A stretch of 64,000 nt of DNA from Nitrospinales bacterium (GCA_965223345.1 CBDCWG010000007.1:313302-377301); one strand, 5' to 3'; numbered from the stretch's first letter, positions 37,462 to 48,225 are shown. Notes: generated from the sequence alone by a model not told the origin. Numbers and translations are program-made.

Positions 37462-39312
37462 CTACATCATGACTTCCGGCGCGAGTTCGCGGCTGGGCTC
37501 GGCGGTGTTTTTGACGTAAATGTCGGGCAGGCTGTTGGTGCCGAAATGGGTGATGTAGAGGAAGACGTGCTCGCGCGCGTTGATCCGGAGCGCCCAGGGG
37601 CCGAAATCGTTCTGGTAGAAGCTCTCGTAGCGCTGCATCGCCTCTTCGGTGGTCTGGCCGGATTCAGGGGTGTAGTAGTAATCCAGCGCCAGGTCGTGCT
37701 CGGGGATGTCCTTCACCTTGATCCCGTGCTCGTCGGCGGCGTTGAAGATGGGCGCGTTGTTGTAGAGCACGAAAAAGTACATCTCCACCGAGTGGATCAG
37801 GTCCTGATGATCGACGAGAAAGCGCCGGGTGTCATCGGCCTCTTCGGGCGTCTCGCTGGGAAAGCCGTAAAAGCCCATGACGTGGCTCCAGATCCCCACC
37901 CGCCGCGCTTCGGTGAGGTTTTTGATCGCGGCCTTGATGTCGGTGTCTTTTTTGACCAGCTTGATGATGCGCTCGTTCGCCGATTCGAGGCCGAAGTACA
38001 GCGAGCGGCAGCCGGATTCGGCGGCCCTGTCCCACAGTTCGGGCTCCAGCAGGCTCGATTCGAAACGGATCAGCGTGGTCCAGTAGATGTCGAGCTTGGC
38101 TTCGATCATCATGGGCGGCAGTTTGGCGAACAGCGCCGGGGGAAACGACTCATCGGTGAACAGGAAATGCCTGGCCTGGTATTTGTCTCTCAGCTGGCCC
38201 AGTTCGCGCACGATCTGGTCGGCGTGCTTGGCGCGGAACTGGTCGATGTAGCCCGCGCCGTGGTCGCAGAAGGTGCACTTGCCCCAGTAGCAGCCGCGCG
38301 TGCCCAGGTAGGGAACGATCTTTTCCGGTGCGAAGTACTTATCCCAGGGCAGCCCGTCGAAATCGGGAACCGGCAGCTCGCTCACGCGCTCCTGGTGCAA
38401 TTCGTTGACGTGCAGCTGGCCGGCCTCGTCCTTGTAGATGAGGTTGGGCACTTCGGATATGGGCCGTCTTCCGGACAGCGCTTCCACCAGCCGCACCATC
38501 GCGTGCTCGCCTTCGTAGGTGATCATCGAGTCGAAGGCGTTGCCCCAGAATTTCTCCTGCTTCGGCATCTGCTCCTTGAGACGGGTGATGACATTGCCTC
38601 CCACCGTCACGTGAATGTGCGGATAGTGTTTCTTGATGAGGGTGGAAAAGGTGATGCCGGACATCAGCTGCACCGGGGTGCCGATGGAGATGCCGATGAT
38701 GTCGGGCTTTTCCTCCTCGATGTATTTGAACACCAGCTGCCGGCAGACATCGGCGTAGACGTTCACCTTGTCGTCGTGCGGCGCTTTCACCAGATCCCCG
38801 GACACCCAGGGACGGTAGACGTTGAGGTTGCTCTCCACCGGATAGAACTGCACGCTCGCCGGGAAGTAGGCGACGGAGATGAACTCCATCACCTCGCGGA
38901 ACGCGTTGAGCGCCCATTCGGCCTTGTCGATCTCATAGAACTCTTCGGTGCGCATGATGACCTTGGCGCGTTCCACTTTCTGGATGTGGTGCTTGAGGTC
39001 GATGCGGGTGTAGTTCTTCAGCATGTGCAACAGCTCGGTCTCGGGCTCCGTCAGGCCGTTCCACTTTTTCGCGTTGAGTTCCTTGATCTGGTTTTTGATG
39101 CGGCCGGAGACGAATTCCAGGTATTCGCGCGAGAAAAAGTGGTCGTACATCTCGACGTTCACGTCTTTCTGCACGACGTCGATGCCGTTCTGCCTGAGCA
39201 CCGCGGTGAGGCTGGGCAGGGCCAGATAGGGCGCTGTGGGCACCCATTCGGGCGGAAACAGCAGCATGACTTTTTTCAGGTCCTGCACGTTTTGCTTCAC
39301 GGTGTCGTCCAT
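37462..39312 (-). CDS. Cobalamin-binding radical SAM protein
   Basis: PYLALPSL N-terminus, HVTVGGN, RGCYWGKCTFC, FTDES, YFGLES, YGFPSET. Confidence 0.92.
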   Translation of the reverse strand: MDDTVKQNVQDLKKVMLLFPPEWVPTAPYLALPSLTAVLRQNGIDVVQKDVNVEMYDHFFSREYLEFVSGRIKNQIKELNAKKWNGLTEPETELLHMLKNYTRIDLKHHIQKVERAKVIMRTEEFYEIDKAEWALNAFREVMEFISVAYFPASVQFYPVESNLNVYRPWVSGDLVKAPHDDKVNVYADVCRQLVFKYIEEEKPDIIGISIGTPVQLMSGITFSTLIKKHYPHIHVTVGGNVITRLKEQMPKQEKFWGNAFDSMITYEGEHAMVRLVEALSGRRPISEVPNLIYKDEAGQLHVNELHQERVSELPVPDFDGLPWDKYFAPEKIVPYLGTRGCYWGKCTFCDHGAGYIDQFRAKHADQIVRELGQLRDKYQARHFLFTDESFPPALFAKLPPMMIEAKLDIYWTTLIRFESSLLEPELWDRAAESGCRSLYFGLESANERIIKLVKKDTDIKAAIKNLTEARRVGIWSHVMGFYGFPSETPEEADDTRRFLVDHQDLIHSVEMYFFVLYNNAPIFNAADEHGIKVKDIPEHDLALDYYYTPESGQTTEEAMQRYESFYQNDFGPWALRINAREHVFLYITHFGTNSLPDIYVKNTAEPSRELAPEVMM

Positions 39313-39686
39313 AACTGCGTGCCGTCTCCTGGAACTGCCGGTTGCGGCCGCGCGCCGAGGCGGGGGTCCAGCTTGAGCGCGCGCCTGTTGTTCGAAACGA
39401 TATGGTATCATACCAACATCGCGTGGAAAACGCCGATCGAAGCCGGGTTCGCAGCGGCGATTTTTTGCGCTTGCGCCGGAGCAAAACCCTTTCAATTGCC
39501 CCGCTTGTGCTTAGAAGATCGGGTTTTTTGTGGGATTCGTTTTGGGCTCATGCTACCATTTGTTTCTGCGTAAACCATTGATGCCCGGCGGTCCCTGCCC
39601 CCGAACCGGTTTGGACGGGGCCCGCGGCGGGGCATGCTATGCGGGCCGTCTTCAGGCCGCGTCAACTTAGGGAGTCGAATTCGGGA

Positions 39687-40187
39687 ATGGAAATCCAAGA
39701 AACCAGCACAGAGAACAAAGCCAAAATCCTGCTCGATGAAGCAAATTTGGCATTTTGTGAAGCGGCCGAACGTAAGGACACGGTGAACGAGCGGACCCTG
39801 GACGGTTCGGCCTGGGACCAGGGCAAGATGGATGGGGAGTTCGACGAGGAAGATTATCAGAAGATCCTGGAAATGCAGCTGCGCTCGGCGCAGATCTGCG
39901 ACGCCCATCCGGAACTGGAAGAAAAATCGGTGGCAATGTTCAAATCGGTGACACAGGAAAACGCGGACGATGTGCTCAAAGAACTGATGGCCAACGAGGC
40001 CCTCAAAGAGCTGGGGGAAATCGCGGTGAAGATCTTCATCCTGCGCTTCCCAACGGTGCAGTCCTTCGTCAACAAGGGGCACCCGCTGGTTCTGGCGATG
40101 GACGAATACATGCTGGAAAACTCCAACGCGCAGAACTGGCACGATTATGTGAACATCGCCGAGGAATTCGGCTGGTCGGTGAAATGA
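39687..40187 (+). CDS. Acidic hypothetical protein
   Basis: 166-aa ORF with host codon usage. Confidence 0.75.
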   Translation: MEIQETSTENKAKILLDEANLAFCEAAERKDTVNERTLDGSAWDQGKMDGEFDEEDYQKILEMQLRSAQICDAHPELEEKSVAMFKSVTQENADDVLKELMANEALKELGEIAVKIFILRFPTVQSFVNKGHPLVLAMDEYMLENSNAQNWHDYVNIAEEFGWSVK

Positions 40188-40264
40188 TCCGCCGCACTCC
40201 CCGCCCGGCCGCCAACGCCTGAAAGCCGGTCCGCGGCGGACGGAACAACCCAACGGGCTCAGCC

Positions 40265-41569
40265 ATGCAGTTTCGCTACAAACTCGCAAAAGAAACCTTC
40301 AAGAATAAAAAGATCCCCGCGAAAAAAGCGCCGGGCGAGGACAACATCGCCGCCGATCAGCGCGGCAACGATGCCTCGATCGACGGGCAGCTTTTGAGCC
40401 TGGACCAGGACGCCAAGGTCGAACGGCCGGAACCTAAGCTGCCGCCAACGACCAAAGAGGTGTCGCGGCGCGACCTGTTCTCGTTCGGCAGGCTCACCGA
40501 CTTCGCCGAGGCGGTGGAGGAAGGCGAGAAAAAAGCCCCAAAGAAAAAAGCCAGTCCGTCCCCGGAAGAAGCGCAGGAAGTGGAAGAAACCGCCGAAACT
40601 CCGGAGGCCGCGGAAAGCGAAGCGGTCGAGGTCGAAGCGGAACCGAAAAAAGGTTTCTTCAAGCGCATGATCGGCAGGTTCAAATCCGGACCGGAACCGG
40701 AACCCGGGGCCGAAGATGCCGCCGATACGCCCGCCGAAGATCCGCAGCCGGTTGCCGAGACGGGTGCGCCCGCCGAATCCGCAGGAACGAGTGAAGCCGC
40801 CCCCTCCATCTTCGATCTGCCGGAGGACGAAGAGGTCGATCCGGAATACAGCCGCCGCAACCTGCTGCGCGAAGGCGTGCACTTTTTCGCCAAGCCTGCG
40901 GTGGAGAAGGTGCAGAACAAGATCGACCGGGTCAACGAAACGGTCGATAAGATCACCAAGCGGGTGCCGCTGATCCGCCCGCCGGGGGCGATCAGCGAAC
41001 GCAAATTTCTGCAGGCCTGCACGCGCTGCGACGAATGCATCCACGCCTGCCCCAAGGACGCGATCCAGCGGGCGCCCAAGAAGATGGGCTTTCTCATCGC
41101 GGGCACCCCCTACATCGATCCGAAGAAGATCCCCTGCGTGATGTGCGACGATCTGCCCTGCATCCCGGCCTGCCCGGACGGGGCGCTGGTGATGCCGGAG
41201 AGCCGGCGGCGTGAAGACGTCAAAATGGGCTACGCCATTCTGGACAAATCCAAGTGCCAGGCCTACGGCGACACGTTCTGCCAGCAGTGCGTGATCGACT
41301 GCCCGATCCCCGGCGCCATCTCCCAGGTGGACCAGAAGCCTGTGATCCACAAAAAAGCCTGCACCGGCTGCGGGGTCTGCGTGCTCTCGTGCAGCACCGT
41401 CAATATCCCGCTGGCGATCAAGATCAAGCCGCAGATGGTGATCGAAAGCCAGATCCGCAAAAAACGGCTGGAGCAGGAAAAGGCCCGCATCGCCGCCGAA
41501 CGGGAGGCCGAGGAAAAAGCGGCCCGGGAGGCGGAAGTGGAGGAACCGGCCGAAAATGCCGGGGAGTGA
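40265..41569 (+). CDS. NapG/MauM-family polyferredoxin with a long acidic N-terminal extension
   Basis: IRPPGA, CTRCDECIHACP, GTPY, CVMCDDLPCIPACP, CQQCVIDCP, CTGCGVC. Confidence 0.88.
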   Translation: MQFRYKLAKETFKNKKIPAKKAPGEDNIAADQRGNDASIDGQLLSLDQDAKVERPEPKLPPTTKEVSRRDLFSFGRLTDFAEAVEEGEKKAPKKKASPSPEEAQEVEETAETPEAAESEAVEVEAEPKKGFFKRMIGRFKSGPEPEPGAEDAADTPAEDPQPVAETGAPAESAGTSEAAPSIFDLPEDEEVDPEYSRRNLLREGVHFFAKPAVEKVQNKIDRVNETVDKITKRVPLIRPPGAISERKFLQACTRCDECIHACPKDAIQRAPKKMGFLIAGTPYIDPKKIPCVMCDDLPCIPACPDGALVMPESRRREDVKMGYAILDKSKCQAYGDTFCQQCVIDCPIPGAISQVDQKPVIHKKACTGCGVCVLSCSTVNIPLAIKIKPQMVIESQIRKKRLEQEKARIAAEREAEEKAAREAEVEEPAENAGE

Positions 41570-41732
41570 CCCCCTGCCCCACCCCGAGAGCGCCAAAACG
41601 CCGGGGTTCCCTGCCCGAAAACCCTTGCGCGCCTTCCCTTCCGGCACATAAATGCCTTGCAACTGGCACCTGATTTCAGTATTTTGACCTCCTTTCGCCT
41701 AAAATCTATCCGCATGAATTAAATTTTTCCCT

Positions 41733-43508
41733 ATGACCGATTCCATTCGCAGAACCCACCATTGTGGGGAACTCTCGGACAAAAACATCGACCAGGACGT
41801 GACGATCTGCGGCTGGGTGCACACCCGGCGCGACCACGGCGGCCTGATCTTCATCGACCTGTGGGACAAGCAGGGCCTCACCCAGGTGGTGCTGAACCCG
41901 CAGATCGACAAGCTCGCCCACCAGCACGCGCAGGACCTGCGCGGCAACTTCGTCATTGCGGTGCACGGCAAGGTGCGCCTGCGCCCGGAGGGGATGGTCA
42001 ATCCCAAGCTGAAGACCGGCAAGATCGAAGTGTACGTGGACGACCTCAACATCCTCAACGAATCGAAGACGCCGCCGTTTTCGGTGTGGGACAATCCGGA
42101 CGTTTCCGAGGCGCTCAGGCTCAAGCACCGCTACCTCGACCTGCGCGGCGAGACGCTGCAACGCAATCTCAAGACCCGCTACCAGATCACGCGCACCGCG
42201 CGCAACGTGCTGGACGCGCACGGCTTCGTGGAAGTGGAAACGCCCATTCTGACCAAGAGCACGCCGGAAGGCGCACGCGATTACCTGGTCCCAAGCCGCC
42301 TCAACCCGGAAAAATTCTACGCGCTGCCGCAGTCGCCGCAGCTGTTCAAGCAGATCCTGATGGTCTCGGGCATGGACCGCTATTTCCAGATCGTCAAATG
42401 CTTCCGCGACGAGGATCTCAGGCAGGACCGGCAGCCGGAATTCACGCAGATCGACGTGGAGGCCTCGTTCATCGACGAGCCGCAGCTGTTCGAGATGGTG
42501 GAGAGCATGATGGCGGCGATCTACAAGGAGACGCTGGGCATCGCAATCGAAACGCCCTTCCCCATCCTCAAATACCAGGATGCGATCGACCGCTTCGGCA
42601 GCGACAAGCCGGACCTGCGCTTCGGGCTGGAAATCGTCGATCTCGGGGATCTCTTGCAGGGCGTCGGATTCAAGGTGTTCGCGCAGGCGCTGAAAGACGG
42701 CGGCCAGGTGCGGGCGATCAACCTGAAAAACAGCGCGGAGTCCTTTTCCCGCAAGGCGCTCGACGACCTCACCGAAGTGGCGAAAACTTATGGCGCCAAG
42801 GGCATGGCGTGGATCAAGATCCAGAAGGACGAGCTGCAATCGCCGATCATCAAGTTTTTCGAGAAAGACACGCTGGATGCGCTGATCGCGAAAATGCAGG
42901 GCGAGGTCGGCGACACGCTGGTGTTCATCGCCGACACGCCGAAAATCGTCGCCGACGCGCTGGCGCACATCCGGCTGGCGGCGGGCAGGCAGCTCGGGCT
43001 GATCGACGAAAGCAAAAACTGTTTCGCCTGGGTGACGGAGTTTCCGCTCTTGGAATACGACGAGGAGGAAAAACGCTACATCGCCATGCACCACCCGTTC
43101 ACCGCGCCGCTGGCCGAGGATCTGGACAAGCTGGAAAGCGATCCGGGCGGCATCCGCGCGCGCGCCTACGATCTGGTGCTGAACGGCAACGAGATCGCCG
43201 GCGGCAGCATCCGTATCCACCAGAAAACCGTGCAGGACAAGATGTTCAAGCTGTTGGGCATCGACGAAGAGGAAGCGCAGCTCAAGTTCGGCTTCCTGCT
43301 CGACGCGCTGCAATACGGCGCGCCGCCGCACGGAGGCATCGCCTTCGGGCTGGACCGCATCGCCATGCTGGCGGTGGGCGCGGACTCGATCCGCGACGTG
43401 ATCGCCTTCCCCAAAACGCAGAAAGCCACCTGCCTGATGACCCAGGCCCCCTCCGAAGTGGACCCCAAGCAGCTCAGGGAGCTGAAGCTCAAGTTCGATC
43501 TTTCCTGA
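41733..43508 (+). CDS. aspS: Aspartate-tRNA ligase, probably non-discriminating
   Basis: RTHHCGEL, RRDHGG, STPEGARDY, FRDEDLRQDRQPEFTQ, GAPPHGGIAFGLDR; His in RRDHGG and Gly in RPEG. Confidence 0.97.
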   Translation: MTDSIRRTHHCGELSDKNIDQDVTICGWVHTRRDHGGLIFIDLWDKQGLTQVVLNPQIDKLAHQHAQDLRGNFVIAVHGKVRLRPEGMVNPKLKTGKIEVYVDDLNILNESKTPPFSVWDNPDVSEALRLKHRYLDLRGETLQRNLKTRYQITRTARNVLDAHGFVEVETPILTKSTPEGARDYLVPSRLNPEKFYALPQSPQLFKQILMVSGMDRYFQIVKCFRDEDLRQDRQPEFTQIDVEASFIDEPQLFEMVESMMAAIYKETLGIAIETPFPILKYQDAIDRFGSDKPDLRFGLEIVDLGDLLQGVGFKVFAQALKDGGQVRAINLKNSAESFSRKALDDLTEVAKTYGAKGMAWIKIQKDELQSPIIKFFEKDTLDALIAKMQGEVGDTLVFIADTPKIVADALAHIRLAAGRQLGLIDESKNCFAWVTEFPLLEYDEEEKRYIAMHHPFTAPLAEDLDKLESDPGGIRARAYDLVLNGNEIAGGSIRIHQKTVQDKMFKLLGIDEEEAQLKFGFLLDALQYGAPPHGGIAFGLDRIAMLAVGADSIRDVIAFPKTQKATCLMTQAPSEVDPKQLRELKLKFDLS

Positions 43509-43581
43509 CGACAAAACCTCAGACAGGATTACAGGATAAAAGCGCGGATGGTGTGGAGTGGCACCCGATGCCCAATCAGGC

Positions 43582-43601
43582 GCTGTCATGCTGAGCCTGT
43601 C
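43582..43601. repeat. Truncated REP-like copy
   Basis: GCTGTCATGCTGAGCCTGTC, identical to 2411-2430. Confidence 0.65.
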
Positions 43602-43620
43602 ACCGAGTCGTAGGCGCTGG

Positions 43621-44007
43621 GGTGTCGAAGCAAACCGTAAGCCGGGTTCTGTTCTCCATCGAAATGGAGCGATGGTCATCAATCTAGGCCTGCCGTTGCC
43701 GACAGGCTCGAGCGATCTACCCGAAAGTATCGGACGGGCCGCCCTCGAACACTTTCCTATTCGATCTTGCTCCGGATAGGGTTTACCGTGCCACCGCTGT
43801 CGCCAGCGGTGCGGTGAGCTCTTACCTCACCTTTTCACCTTTGCCGCCGGCGGGCGAACCCGCCGGGTGGGCCGTGTATTTTCTGCGGCACTTTCCTTGA
43901 GGTCACCCTCACTCCGCGTTACGGAGTATCCTGCCCTGTGGAGCCCGGACTTTCCTCCCTCCCGGCCCGAAGGCCGGAACGGCGACCATCTGGTTTGCTT
44001 CGACACC
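43621..44007 (-). ncRNA. rnpB: RNase P RNA (class A)
   Basis: Minus strand has GAGGAAAGTCCGGGCTCCA, GAAAGTGCCGCAGAAA, GGTAAACCC, ACAGAACCCGGCTTAC; P1 helix GGTGTCGAAGCAAACC/GGTTTGCTTCGACACC. Confidence 0.97.
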
Positions 44008-44157
44008 GCAGCGCCCACGTACGAAGAGAGGCCGTGGGTTTGCGGTCCAGCCGTATTTTACAGGGTTTTAACCGCAGGGGGAAATTTCCGCGCGCGCAAA
44101 AAAACGCAGGCAACTCTCCGGGGATTTATCAACGGGTTTGCGGGGGATTGGAAACGC

Positions 44158-44898
44158 TCAGGATTTGAGGGGTTCGGCGGCTTCGGCTTCGGGCTTGGGG
44201 ATGAAGTAGAGGAAACGCGAGCACTCGGCGCAGCGGTGGATGACCTCCCCCACTTTGATCTCGACCACCATCTGCGGCAGCAGTTGCTGGAAGCAGCCCT
44301 GGCACACGCCATCCTGCATCGGCACCACGGCCTTGCCGCCGCGGGCTTTCAGCACCTTTTCGTAGTTCCGGGCCCATTGCGGTTCGATGTTTTTCGCCAG
44401 TTCCTCGCGTTTCGCCAAATCGGCTGTGAGTTCTTTTTTCGCCCGTTCGGCCTCGGCCTCTTTTTTGGCCTTGTACTCGTTGTACTGGGCCTGCTCTTCC
44501 TTGAAGCGGGCGTCGATGGCGGGAAGCTCTTTTTCCTTTTCCTCCAGCGTTTCCATGATCGCCAGCTCCTCATCCTCAAAACGCGCGATCTTTTCCTTGA
44601 CGGCGTCCACTTCGGCCAGGATGGCGGTGTATTCCTTGTTGGTCTTCACGGTGGGCAGCTTCTGCTTGATCTTGGCCATGTGGTCGTTTTCGGCCTGCAC
44701 GTCCATTTCCAGCTTGTGCCGTTTCTTTTTCAAGTCATCGATCACATCGTGGGCCGCTTTCTGTTCCTCCTCGATTTTGCGCATGCCCGCCTGTGCGGAT
44801 TCGAGCTGGCCGGGGATGCGGTCGATGGCGCCCTGGCATTCCGCGATTTCCAGGTCGATCGCCTGCAGTTCGATGAGATGTTTGAGTTGGGCGTTCAT
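44158..44898 (-). CDS. Coiled-coil, C4 zinc-ribbon protein (DUF164/CT398-like)
   Basis: LIELQAIDLEI, KTNKEY, CQGC...CAECSRFLY; commonly found upstream of rnpB. Confidence 0.9.
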   Translation of the reverse strand: MNAQLKHLIELQAIDLEIAECQGAIDRIPGQLESAQAGMRKIEEEQKAAHDVIDDLKKKRHKLEMDVQAENDHMAKIKQKLPTVKTNKEYTAILAEVDAVKEKIARFEDEELAIMETLEEKEKELPAIDARFKEEQAQYNEYKAKKEAEAERAKKELTADLAKREELAKNIEPQWARNYEKVLKARGGKAVVPMQDGVCQGCFQQLLPQMVVEIKVGEVIHRCAECSRFLYFIPKPEAEAAEPLKS

Positions 44899-45114
44899 TC
44901 GGCTTTCAAGGGAAACGACGATCCGGCTTGCGGTTGCGGGCCGGCCACCCATTGTTAAAATTCCGTGCACGCGAAAAAATCGGGCGCGGCGAATGCCTGA
45001 AAATGTATCACGGGCTCTATTTGGAATGCAAATATAACGGCTTTATCGGGACGGCAGGCCAACTTGCGGGAAATCGCCCCGGTTTCGGTGTCGGATAGCC
45101 GCTGCGGGACGAAG

Positions 45115-46023
45115 TCAGGCGTGTTTTTTGCGGGCTTTCATTTGTTCCCAATACAGCAGGAACACGCTGGCGATGAAGATCGAGGAATAGGTCCCCACCA
45201 GGACGCCGATGAGCAGGGCGAAGGAAAAGTCGTGGATGATCTCGCCGCCGAGGAAAAACAGCGCCAGCACCACGAGCAGGGTCGTGCCCGAGGTCAAGAG
45301 CGTGCGGCTCAGGGTCTGGTTGACGCTCATATTGATCAGATCGAACAGCGACATCTTCCCTTTGCGGCGGTAGTTCTCGCGGATGCGGTCGAACACCACG
45401 ATGGTGTCGTTGAGGGAATAACCGATGATGGTGAGAAACGCCGCCACGATGACGAGGGTGAATTCCTTGTCGGCGACGGAAAACGCCCCCATGGTGATCA
45501 TCACGTCGTGGATCAGGGCGATGATGGCGGCGATGGCGTACTGGAATTCAAACCGCCAGGAAATGTAGATGACGATGCCGATGACCGCATACACGATGGA
45601 GAGCAGCGCCTTCTGCCTGAGGTCCTTGCCGACTTTCGGCCCCACCATCTCGACGCGTTCCACGGTGATGTCGTCGAGGGTGAACTTGTCCTTGAGGCTC
45701 TCCTTGACCGCCGAGCCGACTTCCTGAAGTTTTTCCTCGGAGCTTTTCACGCGGATGAGGATGTCCTCCTTGGAACCGAACTCCTGGATGGTGCTGTCCC
45801 CGAGACCGATGGATTTGAGCCCGTCGCGGATGTCGTCGATGGCGGGCGGGGTCTTGAACTTGAGTTGCACCAGCGTGCCGCCGGCGAAATCGATGCCGTA
45901 GCGCAGTCCGCCGTGCATGATGACGGAGATGATGCCGAGTGCGATCAGAATTCCGGACAGGGTCAGGGCGAAGCGGATCTTGCCCATGAAATCGAAGTGG
46001 GTCTGGCGTTTGAATATTTCCAT
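45115..46023 (-). CDS. secF: Protein translocase subunit SecF
   Basis: GIDFAGG, VGPKVG, GYSLNDTIVVFDRIRE, GTYSSIFIA. Confidence 0.97.
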   Translation of the reverse strand: MEIFKRQTHFDFMGKIRFALTLSGILIALGIISVIMHGGLRYGIDFAGGTLVQLKFKTPPAIDDIRDGLKSIGLGDSTIQEFGSKEDILIRVKSSEEKLQEVGSAVKESLKDKFTLDDITVERVEMVGPKVGKDLRQKALLSIVYAVIGIVIYISWRFEFQYAIAAIIALIHDVMITMGAFSVADKEFTLVIVAAFLTIIGYSLNDTIVVFDRIRENYRRKGKMSLFDLINMSVNQTLSRTLLTSGTTLLVVLALFFLGGEIIHDFSFALLIGVLVGTYSSIFIASVFLLYWEQMKARKKHA

Positions 46024-46052
46024 AAATCCGTTCTAATCGTCTCCGCGGGTTG

Positions 46053-47609
46053 TCAGATGCTCAAGCGGGTGAGCTTCCTCTGGCTCATGGCGCTGTCGAA
46101 TATGGTGCGGCTCACGAACACCGCGGTGAACATGCTGGCGGCGATGCCGATGCACAGCGTGATCGCGAATCCCTTGATCGGCCCGGTGCCGAACTGAAAC
46201 AGCACGACCGCGGCGATGAAGGTGGTGATGTTGGCATCGACGATGGTGCGGAACGCCTTGGAAAAGCCGGAATCGATGGCGGCCCGTACCGTTTTGCCGT
46301 TTTTCAGCTCTTCGCGGATGCGCTCGAAAACCAGCACGTTCGCGTCGATGGCCATGCCGACGGTCAGGATGATGCCGGCGATACCCGGTAACGTCAGCGC
46401 GGCGCCGAAATAAGCCAGCGCGCCGACCAGCATCACGATGTTGAGAAACAGCGCCGTCACGGCCACGAAACCGGAAAGCCGGTAATAGATGATGATGAAC
46501 GCGATCACCAGGATGCCGCCGAGGATGATCGAGCTGATGCCCTTCTCGATCGAGTCCTTGCCGAGCGAGGGGCCGACGGTGCGGTTTTCCAGGATCACCA
46601 CGGGTGCGGGCAGCGCGCCGGCGCGCAGGACGATGGCCAGATCGCGCGCCTCCTCGGTGGTGAAGCTGCCGGTGATCTGCGCCCGGCCGCCGGGGATCTC
46701 ATCCTGAATGACCGGCGCGGAATAGACGTTGTCGTCGAGAACGATGGCCAGCCGCTTTTTGACGTTCTCGCGCGTGATGCGCTGAAACGTGCTGGCGCCC
46801 TGGCTGTTGAAGGTGATGGCGACGTAGGGTTCGTTGAACTGCTGGGAGTCGAACCGCACCTCGGCGTTGGTCAGGGTTTCGCCGGTGAGCACCGTGCGCT
46901 TCTTGAGCAGGTACGGTTCCTTTTTCGTCTCGCCGGTCTCCTTGTCCACCACGCGCTCGTACAGGATCTCGTCGCCGGGCGGCATGTTGCCCTGCAGAGC
47001 CTGATCCACGCTCATGGCCTCATCCACCAGCTTGAACTCCAGCCGCGCGGTCTTGCCGATCAGATTGATGGCGCGCTTGGGGTCCTTGATGCCGGGCAGC
47101 TGCACGAGGATGCGTTTCTCCCCCTGCACCTGAATGGTGGGCTCGGACACGCCGAACTGGTCCACCCGGTTGCGGATGGTCTCCAGCCCCTGGCTGACGG
47201 CGTTCTTTTCGATCTGGTCGATCTGCGCATCGGACAGTTTGAATCTCAACTCCACCCCGCCGTCGAGCACTTCCTTGTTTTCCAGGAAGGGGTAGTTCTC
47301 CATGACCTTTTCCACTTCCGGCAGGTCCACGCTGTCCACCAGCACGATGCGGATCTTTTTGTTCTCCTGATCGTCCACCACGCGGTCGATCTCGATGTCC
47401 TCGTTTTCGATGTCGCGCTTGAGATCGTCGGCGAGCCGCTCCAGGCTGGCCTCCACCGCTTTTTCGACCTGCACTTCCAGAACCAGGTGCATGCCTCCCT
47501 GCAGATCGAGGCCCAGGGCGATCTTCTCCTTGAGCGGATAAGCGAGAAACACCGCACCGAGGATGGTGACCAGGATCAGGGGGATCTTCCACTTGAGGTC
47601 TTTATACAT
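46053..47609 (-). CDS. secD: Protein translocase subunit SecD
   Basis: LGLDLQGG, RNRVDQFGVSEP, LTLPGIAG, GMAIDANVLVFERIREE. Confidence 0.97.
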   Translation of the reverse strand: MYKDLKWKIPLILVTILGAVFLAYPLKEKIALGLDLQGGMHLVLEVQVEKAVEASLERLADDLKRDIENEDIEIDRVVDDQENKKIRIVLVDSVDLPEVEKVMENYPFLENKEVLDGGVELRFKLSDAQIDQIEKNAVSQGLETIRNRVDQFGVSEPTIQVQGEKRILVQLPGIKDPKRAINLIGKTARLEFKLVDEAMSVDQALQGNMPPGDEILYERVVDKETGETKKEPYLLKKRTVLTGETLTNAEVRFDSQQFNEPYVAITFNSQGASTFQRITRENVKKRLAIVLDDNVYSAPVIQDEIPGGRAQITGSFTTEEARDLAIVLRAGALPAPVVILENRTVGPSLGKDSIEKGISSIILGGILVIAFIIIYYRLSGFVAVTALFLNIVMLVGALAYFGAALTLPGIAGIILTVGMAIDANVLVFERIREELKNGKTVRAAIDSGFSKAFRTIVDANITTFIAAVVLFQFGTGPIKGFAITLCIGIAASMFTAVFVSRTIFDSAMSQRKLTRLSI

Positions 47610-47612
47610 CGA

Positions 47613-47936
47613 TCACTTGCTTTCGGATTTCATGGCGGCGATGGAAGCGCGGTTGATCTTGATGCGGACGTTGTCGGCGATCTGCAGCATGACGATGTCG
47701 TCCTTGATCTTTTTGATGGTGCCGTGGATGCCGCTCAACGTGACGACGTTGTCGCCCTCTTTCAAGGCGTCGAGCATTTGCCGGGTTTCCTTCTGTTTCT
47801 TCTGCTGGGGCCGGATCAGGATGAAGTAAAAAATCGCGAACATCATGATCATCGGCGGCAGCAGCGCTAAAAACCCGCCGCCTCCGGCTTCGCCGCCTTC
47901 GGGAGGGGGCGCCATGGCAAAGGCTAATTCAAGCAT
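47613..47936 (-). CDS. yajC: Preprotein translocase subunit YajC
   Basis: FYFILIRPQQK, LKEGDNVVTLSGIHG. Confidence 0.96.
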   Translation of the reverse strand: MLELAFAMAPPPEGGEAGGGGFLALLPPMIMMFAIFYFILIRPQQKKQKETRQMLDALKEGDNVVTLSGIHGTIKKIKDDIVMLQIADNVRIKINRASIAAMKSESK

Positions 47937-48225
47937 GGTTTGCTTTCCTCGATCTCACAAATGATGGGTGTGGTGCGGGTCCACCGGGCTTTTCCGATCC
48001 CGCTCACCGAACCGGTTTGCAAACGTGCACAGGGACGGAGGACACGGGCTTCCCCCGTAATCGGAAGAGTCATCTATTTTACTGGTTTAAAAAAGGTTAT
48101 CAAGCAGATTGCACGGCCTGTTTTCGCTGGGGTCAAAGGATCAGCTTCTATCAAATACCGCAGGCTTTGTCAACCCGGTGCGCTTTGCGGCGCCGGGCGA
48201 AATTTCCAGTGGTTCGGGCATCGGG

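Noticed and set aside
43827..44168. Short ORFs over the aspS-DUF164 gap
   Set aside because: The region is explained by rnpB and its promoter.
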